DNA of 64,000 bases from an uncultured Planctomycetota bacterium (GCA_963849325.1 CAWKHF010000001.1:512001-576000); one strand, 5' to 3'; shown: positions 20,826 through 32,016, numbered from the stretch's first letter. Notes: a model not told the origin generated them from the sequence alone. Program-made: numbers and translations.

Positions 20826-21407
20826 GACCGGCGCTCCAGAGAAGATGCTGGCGCAGCTCGGCCAGCTGGTTGGCCAGGTCGGCGAGGACGTGGATCTCTC
20901 CCGCCTCGGCTCGGCAGCCGCCGCGTTTCAGCGTCGCGTCGGCCTCGATGCGCAGCGCCGGCTCCCGCGCCGGCAACAGCGGCTGATCCGCGAGTCGGCG
21001 CCGCAACAGGGCCAGGTCTTCGGGGTGCAAGTACACCGTCATCGCCGGCGCCGCCGGCAGACGCGCCACGGCTTGCCGCACCATCTCCTCGATGGGGAAG
21101 TCGCCGGCTTGTAGTTTGTCGAAGACGAGCCGACCGGCGACCGCCACCGCCAGCTCGACCGCTGCTTGCCGCATCTCGGCGAGCAAGGAGTCGTGCCGCG
21201 TCGCCAGACGCTCCGCCGCGCCACGCAACTCCGCCAGCACCTGCTCGATCCTTTGTCGTTCCTCTGCGCCTCCCGCTCGGGGTCCGGTTGGACCCGCGGC
21301 GCCGGAACCGCGACGGCAGGCACCGGCGGCAGAGGGAGCTGACGGCCGGCGCGGACGACATGGCGCAGGCGCGGCGGCGAGCGAAAGGTGATCTCGAACA
21401 CGCGCAT
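20791..21407 (-). CDS. fliH: FliH (indel-split)
   Basis: VELAVAVA..TVYLHPEDL..ADATLKRGGCR. Lies between fliG and fliI. Confidence 0.85.
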
Positions 21408-21445
21408 GCCGGACCTCCATCCGCCGCTGCCGGGCTAGTGGGAAA

Positions 21446-22443
21446 TCACTCGTCCATCATCAACTCGCCCGCCTGATCGAGACGTTGGATCACGTCCACC
21501 AGCGCCTTCTGCGCCTGCCGCACCTGGGCGAGGGGCACCATGCCCAAAAACGCCATTTCCTCGGTCAGCGTCTCGCGCGCCCGCTTGGACAGGTTGTTCA
21601 GCACCTTCTCGCTGATGGCCTCGGTGGCGCCCTTGAGGGCCACGCCGAGCGTCTTGGAATCGATCTCGGACAGCAGTTTTTGCATCGAGCGATCGTGGAT
21701 GCGCAGCAGATCCTCGAACTGATACAGCAGTTCCTTGACGTGCCGGGCCATGTCCGGCTCGTTCTCCTCCAGGGCGGCGAGCACTTCCATGCGCTCGGTC
21801 TTTTCCAGGCAGCGCAGCATGGCGGCCATCTTCTCGTACTTGGCGTCGGCGCGGGTGTCGCCGCGATTGCCGGCGAGCGTTCGGCTCTTTTGCACCAAGG
21901 CGCGAGCGATGCGTTCGAGCAGGTCCGGGGGCGTGGCACCGAGCCGGCTGAGACGCACCGAAACGTCGCGGCGCATGTCCGGCTTGAGCTGGCGGAGGAC
22001 ATCGCCGGCCTTCTCCGCCGACAGGCAGTTGAGCACCAGCGAGACGGTGTGCGCCTGCTCGCCCTGTAATACCGCGGCCAGCATGTCGGGCGAGAAGCCC
22101 GTCAGCGCCCGCACGGGATCGGCGGGCAACGGCCCCATCTCCGGGACCGGAATTTCCGCGTCGGACGGCGGACGGTAGGCGGCAAGTTGTCGCGGCGTCG
22201 GCGCACCTCCGGGGGACGCGGGATCGACGTCCGGTTGCCGCAGCATCTCCTCGAATTCGCGGACCACGTCGCCCAGGTCGTCGGGCTTTTCGCTCTGCCG
22301 GCGCAGCTTGTCCAACTCCGGCCGCAGGCGGGCGCCGCGCGCCGGCCCAGCTCGGCCAGCACTTTCTCCGCCGTCTCCGCCGGCAGACTGTGCAGCAGAA
22401 GGGCGGCTTTCTCGATCCCCGTTCGCGTGGCCATGCCCGTCAT
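21446..22443 (-). CDS. fliG: Rotor protein FliG (one indel)
   Basis: GIEKAALLL, YQFEDL, LGVALKG and the torque helix NLSKRARETLTEE. Confidence 0.93.
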
Positions 22444-22453
22444 CCATCCTCGA

Positions 22454-23991
22454 TTATGCCGCCGCCTGTGCGGCCGGCTGCTCCGTCGCCGTCTCCGCCT
22501 GGTCGATCCAGCTGGGCCAGCGCCTTGGCCAATCGCTCGGGTTCCTTCCTGCGCCAGCTCGGCCAGCACATCGCCCTCCGGCCGCTCCTCGCCGGCTGGA
22601 GACGGGGCCGGCGCCTTCGGTCGCAGACGCCGGTAGTAGAGCACGCCGATCAGCAGCCCCACCAGCGACCGCCACGCCCAGCGAGCGTTGCGGGCCAGCG
22701 ACAAGTACCAGCGCCATGCGCTGCGCCTGCTGATACTCCGCCTCGACGCCCTCCAGCGTCGCTCCGCTGGCCAGCTTGACGTCGTTGACCTTGATCTCAT
22801 CGCGGCCCTTCTTGAAGCCGACCGCCTGCTTGATGATCTCCTCCGCCTCCGTCACCGTCAGGCCCGGCCCGGCGGCGCCGTCCGGCCGCGATAGGTCGAG
22901 CAGGGCCGCCACCGTCAGCCGTTCGACGTTGCCGCGCCCCTCCTCCATCTCCTGCTCGATCTTCGTCGCCCGCCATTCCGAATCGGTGTTTTCTTCGTTG
23001 TCGTTGCTGTGGTGCGTCGCTGCCGTGGACGCCGCTGCTCCGCCTTGCCCGGCAGGTTGCTGACCGCGCCGGCCGTGCCTCGGTTGGCCGGCGTGCCCGT
23101 GGTGGACTTGCGATTGGTGATCGTCTCCTTGACCAGCACGCGCTGCTCGGGATCGTAGGTCTCGTTGTTCGTCTTCTGGCGCTGGAAGTTGACCTCGGCC
23201 GTCACGCGCACCACGGCCCGGCCGGGACCGAGCACCTGGGACAGCATCTCCTCGGCGCGCGTGGACAGGTAGGTCTCCATCTCGCGGCGATACTCCATCT
23301 GCGTCGTCACCGGCGCCGGCGTGTCGCCGTGCGTCTCGCTGAGGACGCGGCCGCTCGTGTCCACCAGCGTCACGTTCTCCGCCGTCAGTCCCTCGACGCT
23401 GCGCGACACCAGGGCGACGATGCCCTGCGCCGTGCTGCGCGACAGCACGGCGCCGGGCTTGAGCTTGAGGACGACGCTGGCCGTCGCCGGTTTCTGCTCG
23501 CGGACGAACGGCGTCGGCTCCGGCCGCACCAGATGCACGCGCGCCTGCACGACCGGCTCGACCTGCATGATGGTCCGCGCCAGCTCCGCTTGCAGAGCGC
23601 GATCGAGGTTGACGTGCTGCAAGAACGGCGTCATGCCCACGTTCATTTCGTCGAACAGCTCGAAGCCCTTGCCCTTGCTGGGCACGCCCTCCACGGCCAG
23701 GTCGAGACGCAGCTGATGGACGCGCTCGGCCGGCACCAGGATCGTTGTCCCGCCCGCGCCGAGGCGAAACGGCACACCCTGGGCTTGCAGCTTGGCGGTG
23801 ACGGCGCCGGCGTCCTCGGCGCCGAGGCCGGAATACAGCACCTGATAATCGGTCTGGAAGGCGAAGAAGCCGACGGCCAGGACCACCGCCACGCACACGC
23901 CGGCCAGGACCAGCAGGGCGATGCGGCGCGGCCGGCTCATGCCCTGGTAGATGGCGCGCAACTGTTCGAGCAACTGACGAACAAATCGCAT
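22454..23991 (-). CDS. fliF: MS-ring protein FliF (indel-split)
   Basis: LYSGL..DAG, GFELFD, RALQAELARTI, ARVHL, TASVVL and VEGL..NVTLVD. Confidence 0.95.
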
Positions 23992-24019
23992 GGCCGTGGA
24001 CCTGAGTCTAACTCTATTC

Positions 24020-24081
24020 GTTTAGCCGCGACGCGCAGCGGAGCGCGAGACCTCGCGCTCCGCTGCGCGTCGCGGCGAAAC
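24020..24081. repeat. REP/REPIN-like inverted repeat, family B
   Basis: Family B arms between fliE and fliF. Confidence 0.9.
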
Positions 24082-24090
24082 AAGGGATTT

Positions 24091-24399
24091 CTACACCTGC
24101 ATCCGCATGATTTCCTGATAGGCGTCGCTGAGCCGATTGCGGATCTCCAGCACGAGATGGAAGCTCAGGTCCGCCTTGGCCATCGACAGCATCACGTTAT
24201 GCACGTTGTCGGCCTTTCCGGCGGCGAGGTTGTGTACCGCCTGTTCCGCATGGGCCTGCTGCGCGCCGGCATCGCCGAGGAAATTCGTGAGCAAGCGAGC
24301 GAAGCCGCCCGCGCCCGAACCCGGCACCGGCGCGGTCCCGCCACGCATACTTGCGGCCGCGCCGCTCGACGCGGCGGAGGATACGGGAGATAGGTTCAT
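24091..24399 (-). CDS. fliE: FliE
   Basis: VHNVMLSMAKADLSFHLVLEIRNRLSDAYQEIMRMQV. Confidence 0.95.
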   Translation of the reverse strand: MNLSPVSSAASSGAAASMRGGTAPVPGSGAGGFARLLTNFLGDAGAQQAHAEQAVHNLAAGKADNVHNVMLSMAKADLSFHLVLEIRNRLSDAYQEIMRMQV

Positions 24400-24435
24400 G
24401 TCTTCATCCTCGCATGATTAGGTCCAACCACCGGG

Positions 24436-24895
24436 TCATCCGCCCTGGCCGCGCAGCAGGCTGTACGACTGCTCGGTCATCTGGCGGAAGAATTGCATGG
24501 CCCGCAGGTTGGCCTCGTAGGCCCGGCTGGCCGTAATCATGTTCACCATCTCGACGGGCAGATCGACGTTGGGCATGCTCACGTAGCCGTCCTTGTCGGC
24601 GTCGGGATGGCCGGGGTTGATGGACGCGGTGAAAGTCGGACATGTCGTCGGCGATGCCCGTGACCTGCACGCCGCCCACAGGGGCGGCGGCGGCGCCGCG
24701 GCCCGCGCCGCGACGCACGCTCTGGTTGAGCACCGCCGAAAAGACCACATCCTGGCGCCGATACGGCCCGCCGTTGGCCGAGCGCGTCGAAAAGGCGTTG
24801 GCGATGTTGTTGGCCACCACTTCCAGACGCAGCCGCTCGGCGGCCAGGCCCGACGAGCTGATGTCCGCCGCGGCGAACAGAGGGTTTCCGTGCAT
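24436..24895 (-). CDS. flgC: Rod protein FlgC (one indel)
   Basis: [32 protein letters not shown] and [19 protein letters not shown]. Confidence 0.95.
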
Positions 24896-24922
24896 GAAAC
24901 ATCTCCTGCGAGCGCCAGAGGT

Positions 24923-25281
24923 TCAGTGCCCCGTGATGGCGCTGCGCATCATGTTGATGCGGCTGGTCAGCATTTGCGCGGCCATGCTGAAGGCAGCGAA
25001 TTCTTGTTCAGATTGCCCAGCTCTCGATCGAGGTCCACCGTGTTGCCGTCCTGCCGGGCCACGCCGCCCTGGGCCTCGACCACGCGCGGCGCGACCTGCA
25101 ACGCGCCCTTCTCTCCCTGTTTGCCCAAGGCCCGCGCGAAAGCGTCCTCGAAGGACACTTCCCGCTGGTGGTAGCCGGGCGTGTTGACGTTGGCGAGGTT
25201 CTGCGAAATGACGCGATGGCGCAGCTGGGCCACGTCCATCAGGCGGGCCAGCAGGTCGGATTGAGGGATGGTGAGACTCAT
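24923..25281 (-). CDS. flgB: Rod protein FlgB (one indel)
   Basis: [17 protein letters not shown] and [10 protein letters not shown]. Confidence 0.94.
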
Positions 25282-25288
25282 GCCGGTT

Positions 25289-25317
25289 GTATCGGTCGTA
25301 GCCGCCGCCGACCTTGA
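25289..25317 (-). promoter_or_regulatory. Sigma28-like promoter (long spacer) for the flgB operon
   Basis: TCAAG-N16-ACCGATAC, 7 nt before the flgB ATG. Confidence 0.6.
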
Positions 25318-25390
25318 ACCGTTCCGTCGTCGCATCCTCCGCGAGCGACCGGCTGCTCTCGGGCGGAATGAGGCGAGTGCGCGAAAGCCG

Positions 25391-25419
25391 TCAAGTGCGC
25401 GGACGCCCGGCGTCGATAA
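25391..25419 (+). promoter_or_regulatory. Sigma28-like promoter (long spacer) for motA
   Basis: TCAAG-N16-GTCGATAA. Confidence 0.6.
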
Positions 25420-25457
25420 GAAGGCGCTGTGTCCTCGGCTATCGACAAGGAGCGTCC

Positions 25458-26235
25458 ATGGACACCGGAACCATCGCTCGGCGCCTTGCTGGGCTTCGCG
25501 TTCATCGCCACGGCCATCCTCATGCACGGCAAGCTGTCCGACTTCGTGGACGTGCCCGGCGCCCTCGTCGCCTTCGGCGGTTCGTTCTCGGCGCTGTTCA
25601 TTTTCTTCCCCGCCAAGAAAGTGCTCGGCGTCTTCGGCGTGGTCAAGAACTGCGTCCTGCACAAGCTGCCCGACCCGCGCGCCGAGATTCGCCGCCTGAC
25701 CGACCTGGCCACGGTGGCGCGGCGCGACGGCTTGCTGGCCCTGGAAAAACGCTTGCCGGAAGTCACCGACCCCTTCCTCATCCGCGGCCTGGAGATGGTC
25801 ATCGACGGCACGTCGCGGGAGAAGGTCGAAGAGGTGCTGCAAATCGAGTTGCAGTACATCGAGGAGCGGCACGCCGTCGGCAAGAAGATGTTCGACCAGC
25901 TCGGCGCCTCGCTGCCGGCCTTCGGCATGGTCGGCACGCTCATCGGCCTGATCCAGATGCTGCACGAGCTGGACGATCCCAGCAAGATCGGGGCCGGCAT
26001 GGCCGTGGCGATGGTCACGACCTTCTATGGGGCCTTCGTGGCCAACATGATCTTTCTGCCGCTGGCCGGCAAGCTGGAGAACCGCAGCAAGGAGGAAGCC
26101 CTGCTCCGCGAGCTGATGATCCAGGGTCTGGTGGCCCTGATCGAGGGCGAAGCGCCGCGGTCGATGGAAGCCAAGCTCAAGGCCTTCCTGGCGCCCAAGG
26201 CGCGGAAGATCGAGGTCGAGACCGAGGCCGCGTAA
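25458..26235 (+). CDS. motA: Stator protein MotA (indel near the 5' end)
   Basis: ARRDGLLALE, PAFGMVGTLIGLIQML and MAVAMVTTFYG..AN. Confidence 0.95.
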
Positions 26236-26250
26236 CCCAGAGGCGCTACC

Positions 26251-27018
26251 ATGTCCACGCATCCGCACGCCGAAGCGGAGGCCGGATCGCCGCCGGACCA
26301 CCACGAAAAGCACGAGGCCGAGCACGTTGGCGGCCATCACGGCGGACGGGGCCAACACAAAAAAGGCCACGGCGATCACGGCGGCCACGGCGGAGGCGGG
26401 CACGGCGGCAGCTGGATCGTCACCTACAGCGACATGATCACGCTGCTGATGGCCTTCTTCATCTGCATCATCACCTTTGCCTCGAAAGAAACCGAGAAAT
26501 TCGATCCCAAAAAGGACTCGCTCATCGGCAACGCGGGCGGCTCCGGCATCGCCAGCACCGCTTCCAAGGGCACGTTGGAGCAGGACTCGGCCGTGTGGCG
26601 CCTTCGCATCCGCCAGGCGCGAGCCAGCGAATCCGGGGCGGAAATGGCGCCGCTGTACCAGAACCCCTCGCTGCAAACGACCGCCCACATCCTGCAAGCC
26701 CTGGACGAGGCCGAAGCAGGGCGGATGCGCGACGACTTCGCCGTCCGTCTGCCGCGCAGCCTGCTGTTCGAGAAAGACGATCGGCTGTCGTCCTCCGGCG
26801 TGCGTCTGCTGCATGCCTTGGCCGTCAACCTGCGCGATCTGCCCTACGATCTGCAATTCCAGGTCGGCCGCGACGACCACGTCGGGCAAGCGGTCAAGCT
26901 GTGCGGTTTCCTGGCGTCGCAGGAAGGGTATGAGCCGGCCCGGCTGGCCGTCGGCGGCCGGCCGCCGCGGGCCGGCGACGGCGATACCATCTGGCTCGTC
27001 CTGGTCCGGCAATTCTGA
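26251..27018 (+). CDS. motB: MotB-like stator protein 1 (His/Gly-rich N-terminus)
   Basis: WIVTYSDMITLLMAFFI TM with the conserved Asp. Degenerate OmpA-like C-terminus. Confidence 0.85.
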   Translation: MSTHPHAEAEAGSPPDHHEKHEAEHVGGHHGGRGQHKKGHGDHGGHGGGGHGGSWIVTYSDMITLLMAFFICIITFASKETEKFDPKKDSLIGNAGGSGIASTASKGTLEQDSAVWRLRIRQARASESGAEMAPLYQNPSLQTTAHILQALDEAEAGRMRDDFAVRLPRSLLFEKDDRLSSSGVRLLHALAVNLRDLPYDLQFQVGRDDHVGQAVKLCGFLASQEGYEPARLAVGGRPPRAGDGDTIWLVLVRQF

Positions 27019-27029
27019 AGGGCGTCTCC

Positions 27030-27738
27030 ATGAAACGCAAGCGAGCCGGCGGACACATCAACACCGAAGGTTGGATGATGTCCTACGCGGACATGGCCAC
27101 CATCCTGCTGGCCATGTTCATCGTCCTGAGCACGCTGGGCAAGGACCAGACCGGCATCAGCCTGGCCAACGGCACCGGCTCGTTCGTCAACGCCATGAGT
27201 TCCTTCGGCCTGGCCGGCCTGTTCCGCACTTCCGCCCGGCCCATCCCCATGAACAACCCAACGCCCCATTATCTCTATCATCCTCCGCCGACGAGGACAG
27301 CGGCCCGACGCGACCGCCGCCGCGTCATCGACGGCGAGGAGGAGCACCTGCAGCGCTTCTTGCGCGAACTCCAGCGTCAGTTTCCGGTCGAGCGTCCGTC
27401 GCGGCAGGTCGGCCAGGTGATCGATCGACCTGTACGAGCCGCTGCACAAGGAAGCACCCTACCTGGCGCCGCGCCACCTCGACGTACTCGATCAGGTGCG
27501 GCCGCTGCTGGAACGATCGAGCTTTCGCCTGTACCTGGTGGTGTGGACGCCGACGCCGAGTCCGTCGGCATGGACGCGCACCGCCGTCCTGGCTCGCCTG
27601 GTCGCCGCCGAGTTCGCCGCCAACTCGCACCTGCGGCCAGCCGCTGGCGAACGTCTCATCCCGCTCGCCCAGCCCTGGCGCTACCGCGACATCCGCCGGC
27701 CGGTCCTGTCGCTGGTCGTCGTCAAGACGGAGGAATAG
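27030..27738 (+). CDS. MotB-like stator protein 2 (indel-split)
   Basis: WMMSYADMATILLAMFIVLS TM with the conserved Asp. Divergent C-terminus. Confidence 0.8.
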
Positions 27739-27751
27739 CCGCACCTGTTCT

Positions 27752-27818
27752 CGTTTCGCCGCGACGCGCAGCGGAGCGCGGGATGCTCCCGCGCTCCGCT
27801 GCGCGTCGCGGCTAATCG
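27752..27818. repeat. REP/REPIN-like inverted repeat, family B
   Basis: Family B arms. Confidence 0.88.
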
Positions 27819-27935
27819 GGCAAGTCGGGGCGCAAAATTCCTCTCTCGACCCAACATCTTTTGACGAACCGGCTCTTATGAGCCAGATTATGAACAGCAA
27901 TGGTGCTCTCCGAGGCATTATCGAGATAACAAGCA

Positions 27936-29959
27936 ATGTCGATCCGGATGGCCGCAGCCCTCAAGGACGACGCCGCGATCGCCTCGAACGGGCGCGTGGC
28001 CGACCGCGATTCGCGGGAGGCGCTGCTGGCCCGCATCGCCGACCATCCCCACTTGCCCAGTCCGCCGGGCGTCGTCTTGCAGGTCCTGGAACGGGCCAGC
28101 CGCCTGGACAGCACGCCGGCCGACCTGGCCGCGGTCATTCACCGCGATCCCGCCCTGTGCGGCCAAATCCTCAAGGTCGTCAACTCGGCGCTGTACACCC
28201 TGCCGCGACCGACCACGTCCATCGAGCGGGCGGTGGCCCTGCTCGGCTTCAAGCCGGTTCGTTCGTTGGTGCTCAGCCTATCTCTGCCGGCCATGCAGCG
28301 GCAAACGTCCGGCCCACTGCCGCTGGAGACGTTCTGGAAGGAGTCGGTGGCCGGCGCCATCGTCGCTCACGAGCTGGCCCTGCACCTGGGCCGAACCAAT
28401 CCCGAAGATGATCTGGTGGCCGGTCTGCTGCGCGACCTCGGCACCCTGGCCTTGCAGCAAGTACGCCCCGCCGATTACGCCCGGCTGCTGGCCCATCCGT
28501 TCGAGGAGCGGAGCCTCCGTCCGTGCCAGCTGGAGGAGCAGCTGCTGGGGTTGAATCACGCCGAGGTCAGCGCCTTCCTGCTGCGCCGCTGGCGGCTGCC
28601 GGAGGACATCATCGAATCCGTCCGCTACCACCATGCTCCCGAGCAGGCGGCCGGACTGCCGCGGCCGGTGGTCGAGCGTGCTCGGCTGCTGGCCTTCGCC
28701 AGCCGGGTGGCCCTGCTGCAACTGGCCGCCGCCGGCGCCGAGTTGCTGCGCGAAATTCTCGCTCAGGCTCGGGAAGATTACGGCATGGACGAGGCCGCCT
28801 TGACGGCCTTCCTCGAACCGCTGGCCGAGAAAATCCAGGAGTTCGCCGCCGTCATGGACATCGACATCGGCGCCTGCGATCATTATCCCCGCGTCCTCGC
28901 TCGCGCCGCCGAGGAGCTGGTCAAGCTGACCGTCGAAACCAGCGTGGACAAGCTGCGCATCCTCGAACAGAAGCGACAGGCCGAAGAACAGACGCAACAC
29001 TGGCGCGAACAGGCCGATCGCCTGCGTCACGAGGTGGTGCGCGACAGCCTGACCGATGCCTTCAACCGCGGCTGCTTCGAGGAAGAACTAACGCTGGCCT
29101 TCCGGCGGGCCCGGCGGCGCGGCACCGTCCTGGGCCTGGTCTTTCTCGACCTCGACGACTTCAAGAGCATCAACGACCGCTTCGGCCATCCCTTCGGTGA
29201 TCGTGTCCTCAAGCGAGACGGCCGACAATCTGTTCGCCGCCGTGCGCCACGGCGACATCGTGGCCCGCTACGGCGGCGACGAATTTTGCGTCCTGGTGCA
29301 AAACACCTCGCCGGATGGACTGCGGGCCATGACCGAGCGGCTGTGGCAGGATCTCAACGCACCGGACCATCCGCGGCGACGGCCACACCGTCTCCGTCCG
29401 TGCCTCGATCGGCGCCGGCCGTGTGCTTGCCGCGCACCTACCCGCACTCGGCGGCGGAGTTCCTGGCCAGCCGTGGACCAGGCCATGTACGCCGCCAAGA
29501 CCACGGGAAAAAATCAGGTCGCGCTTCATCTCGCTGCTCGGATGAGGCGGACCTTTGCTTTCTCGGCGCGGTGCGAGCGCCGGCTGTTCAGCGTCTGGCT
29601 GGCCGAGCGCGGCGTCGGGCAAGCCGCAGGACGTGGGCATCGGCGTGCGCCGCGCCGGTTCGTGCTTCGAGGGACTGGGCCGACTGGCCCGCCGTCTCGG
29701 CTGGTTGACGACGGCCCAGCTGCGCGATCTGCTGCGCGAACGGCGGGCGACGCGGCGACGCTTCGGCGACGTCGCCCTCGCCCGAGGGTCCTTGACCGCC
29801 GAGCACCTGCACGTCTTGTTGGCCTTGCAGCTGGAGCCGCCCGAGGAGATCGCCGCGAACCTGGTCAATCAAGGGATCGCGGGAGAACCGGCGATGCGGG
29901 ACAATCTGCGCAAGTATTATCAATGGTTGCGGACTACACTCGACCAGCCGCAAGCGTAA
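27936..29959 (+). CDS. HDOD-GGDEF diguanylate cyclase with C-terminal MshEN-like repeats (indel-split)
   Basis: HDOD: DPAL..ILKVVNS, AGLLRDLG, WRLP..RYHH. GGDEF: DSLT, DLDDFKSINDRFGH, RHGD I-site, RYGGDEF. Confidence 0.9.
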
Positions 29960-29960
29960 G

Positions 29961-30028
29961 GGGCGAACGGCCGGCGTAAGCCGGCTGGTGCTGGTCCGCA
30001 CCAGCCGGCTTACGCCGGCCGTTCGCCC
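29961..30028. repeat. REP-like inverted repeat, family F
   Basis: GGGCGAACGGCCGGCGTAAGCCGGCTGGTGC plus its reverse complement. Confidence 0.85.
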
Positions 30029-30051
30029 TCCCCGCAAATTCCGAGTAATCC

Positions 30052-30080
30052 TCAAGGCCCGCCGGCCCACGAGCCGATGT
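30052..30080 (+). promoter_or_regulatory. Sigma28-like promoter (long spacer) for fliLMN
   Basis: TCAAG-N16-GCCGATGT. Confidence 0.58.
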
Positions 30081-30135
30081 TGAGTCGGGTGTCCTCACGA
30101 CCGCCGAGTCGCGAGACGCCGGAGAAGTGTTCGTC

Positions 30136-30637
30136 ATGGCGAAAGAAACCAACCCGGCACCACCGACCAAGGGCGGCGGCAAAAAAACGCTGCTGCTGCT
30201 CGGGGCGTGCGGCCTGCTGGCGCTGGCCGCCGGCGTGGCCGTGCCCTTCTTCCTGCTGCACGAGTCGGCCAAGGGCGGCCACGCCAAGGACGACGGCGGT
30301 CACGATCAGGCCGCCAAGCACGCCTACGTCCCCTTCGGCGATGTCATCGTCAATCTCAATGAAGATCGTCTTGACTCGCTATTTGAAGGTCAAGCTCCTG
30401 CTGGTGGTCGCCGCCCGCGACGAGAAGTCGATGACCGAGCTGATCGGAAAGAAGAAGCCGGCGCTGAAGAACTGGCTGATCGGTCATTTGTCGGACAAGT
30501 CGCTGCAAGAGGTCAGCGGGGCCTCGGGCGTCAACAAGCTGCGCCGCGAAATTTGGCACGAGTTTAACAAGGAACTCTTCCCCGACGGCTCGGAGAAGGT
30601 CCTGGACATCTTCTTTGAAGAATTCGTGGTGCAATGA
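30136..30637 (+). CDS. fliL: FliL (one indel)
   Basis: N-terminal TM, VIVNL..RYLKVK, and C-terminal IFFEEFVVQ. Confidence 0.9.
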
Positions 30638-31494
30638 CGCTCAAGCCCTACAACTTCCGCAAACCGGATCGTCCCGCCGGGACGCTGGAACACCGGCTGA
30701 CGGCCTGGCTGCGGGCGGCCGGGCCGCTGGCCGCGGAGAGGGGAGCGCAGCACCTGCCTTTCCGAATCGAAATGGCGCTGCGCGGCGTCGAGAGCGTGGC
30801 GCCGTCCGAGGCGCTGGGGCGTTTGCCCGACGCCGCCGTTGGCTATCGCGTCGCCTTCGCCGGCGAAGCGCCGAGCATGTTGTTCGTCCTGGCCGCGGCC
30901 GTTGGCCCTGGCCCTGGTCAACGGCGCCCTGGGCGAGACGCCCACCGAGCTGCCGGCCGACCGCACCTGACCGTCGTCGAGCAATCGCTGTGCGAATACC
31001 TGATGCAAAACCTGTTGGCCGCCGTCCTGCAGAGACGTGGACCGGGACGGCGCCGCTGGCGCTGACCGTGAGCGAACGCGAGCCGTCGCCGCGCTGGACA
31101 AGGCTGTTCGTCAAGGCGGAGCAGGTCGTGCAATGCACCTTTAGCCTGCGCGGCCCGTTCGGCGAGCAGGATTGGTGCTGGCTGGCCCCCTACCAGGCGC
31201 TGCACGAGCGCGTCAACCGCGCCGACGCCGTCGTCCAGGGACAGGCCGAGCAGGACATGCCGCGCAAGCTGGAATCGCTGGTCCGCGAATTGCCGGTCGA
31301 GGTGATGGTGGAGCTGGGCATGGTCGAGTTGCCGATCGCGCAGCTGGCGGCCTGGCGCCAGGGGACTTGCTCCTGCTTAACCAGCGCGTCGGCGAGCCGC
31401 TGACGGCGCGCGTGGATGGGCGTCCGAAGTTCCGCGGTTGGCCCGGCCGGGTCGGCTCGCGGCAATCCTGCAGATCGAATCCGCCCGCGAGTGA
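30634..31494 (+). CDS. fliM: Switch protein FliM, short form (indel-split)
   Basis: KPYNFRKP, LTVVEQ and a C-terminal SpoA domain (LAPGDLLLL..KFRGWPG). Lies between fliL and fliN. Confidence 0.85.
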
Positions 31495-31503
31495 GGGGAC
31501 ACA

Positions 31504-31911
31504 ATGACCGAGAGCGAAAGCCGTGTCGCGCAAGCGGCCAGCGTCGTCCACCCCTCCGCCGCCTTCAAGGGCGCGGAGCCTACCGCTCGCCCGGCCCGTT
31601 CCGACGTGGTGGCGCGCGTCGCCGATTTCGCGGAGTTGACCGCGCCCGCGACGCCGGGTACGCCCGCGCCGCTGGACCGCCTTCTCGACGTCACCGTCAC
31701 CGTCACCGCCGAGCTGGGCCGCGTCACGCTGCCGATCAGCGAGGTCCTCAATCTCAACGTCCATTCGGTCCTGGAGCTGAATCGTTCGGTGTCCGAACCC
31801 GTGGATCTGATGGTCCAGGGCGTGCTGCTGGCGCGCGGCGAGGTCGTCGTCGTCGACGATTGCTTCGCCGTCCGCATCAAGGAGATCGCGGAGCCGAAAA
31901 AACGCGGTTGA
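31504..31911 (+). CDS. fliN: Switch protein FliN
   Basis: LLDVTVTVTAELGR..SVLEL..EPVDL..ARGEVVVVD..FAVRI. Confidence 0.95.
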   Translation: MTESESRVAQAASVVHPSAAFKGAEPTARPARSDVVARVADFAELTAPATPGTPAPLDRLLDVTVTVTAELGRVTLPISEVLNLNVHSVLELNRSVSEPVDLMVQGVLLARGEVVVVDDCFAVRIKEIAEPKKRG

Positions 31912-31940
31912 TCGTACGTCCCATCGTCCCCGCCAAGTTG

Positions 31941-31999
31941 GTTTAGCCGCGACGCGCAGCGGAGCGCGACCTGCGCTCCGCTGCGCGTCGCGGCTAAAC
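31941..31999. repeat. REP/REPIN-like inverted repeat, family B
   Basis: Family B arms between the convergent fliN and flgE. Confidence 0.9.
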
Positions 32000-32016
32000 G
32001 GAGAACTTGCCGCGGC

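Noticed and set aside
12354-25281. Non-flagellar type III injectisome
   Set aside because: Flagellin, hook, cap, rod, stator and FliA/FlgM genes are present, so the system is flagellar.
25458-27738. Zorya-type anti-phage ZorAB
   Set aside because: MotA is normal length with rotor-contact residues and no long tail, and the context is flagellar.
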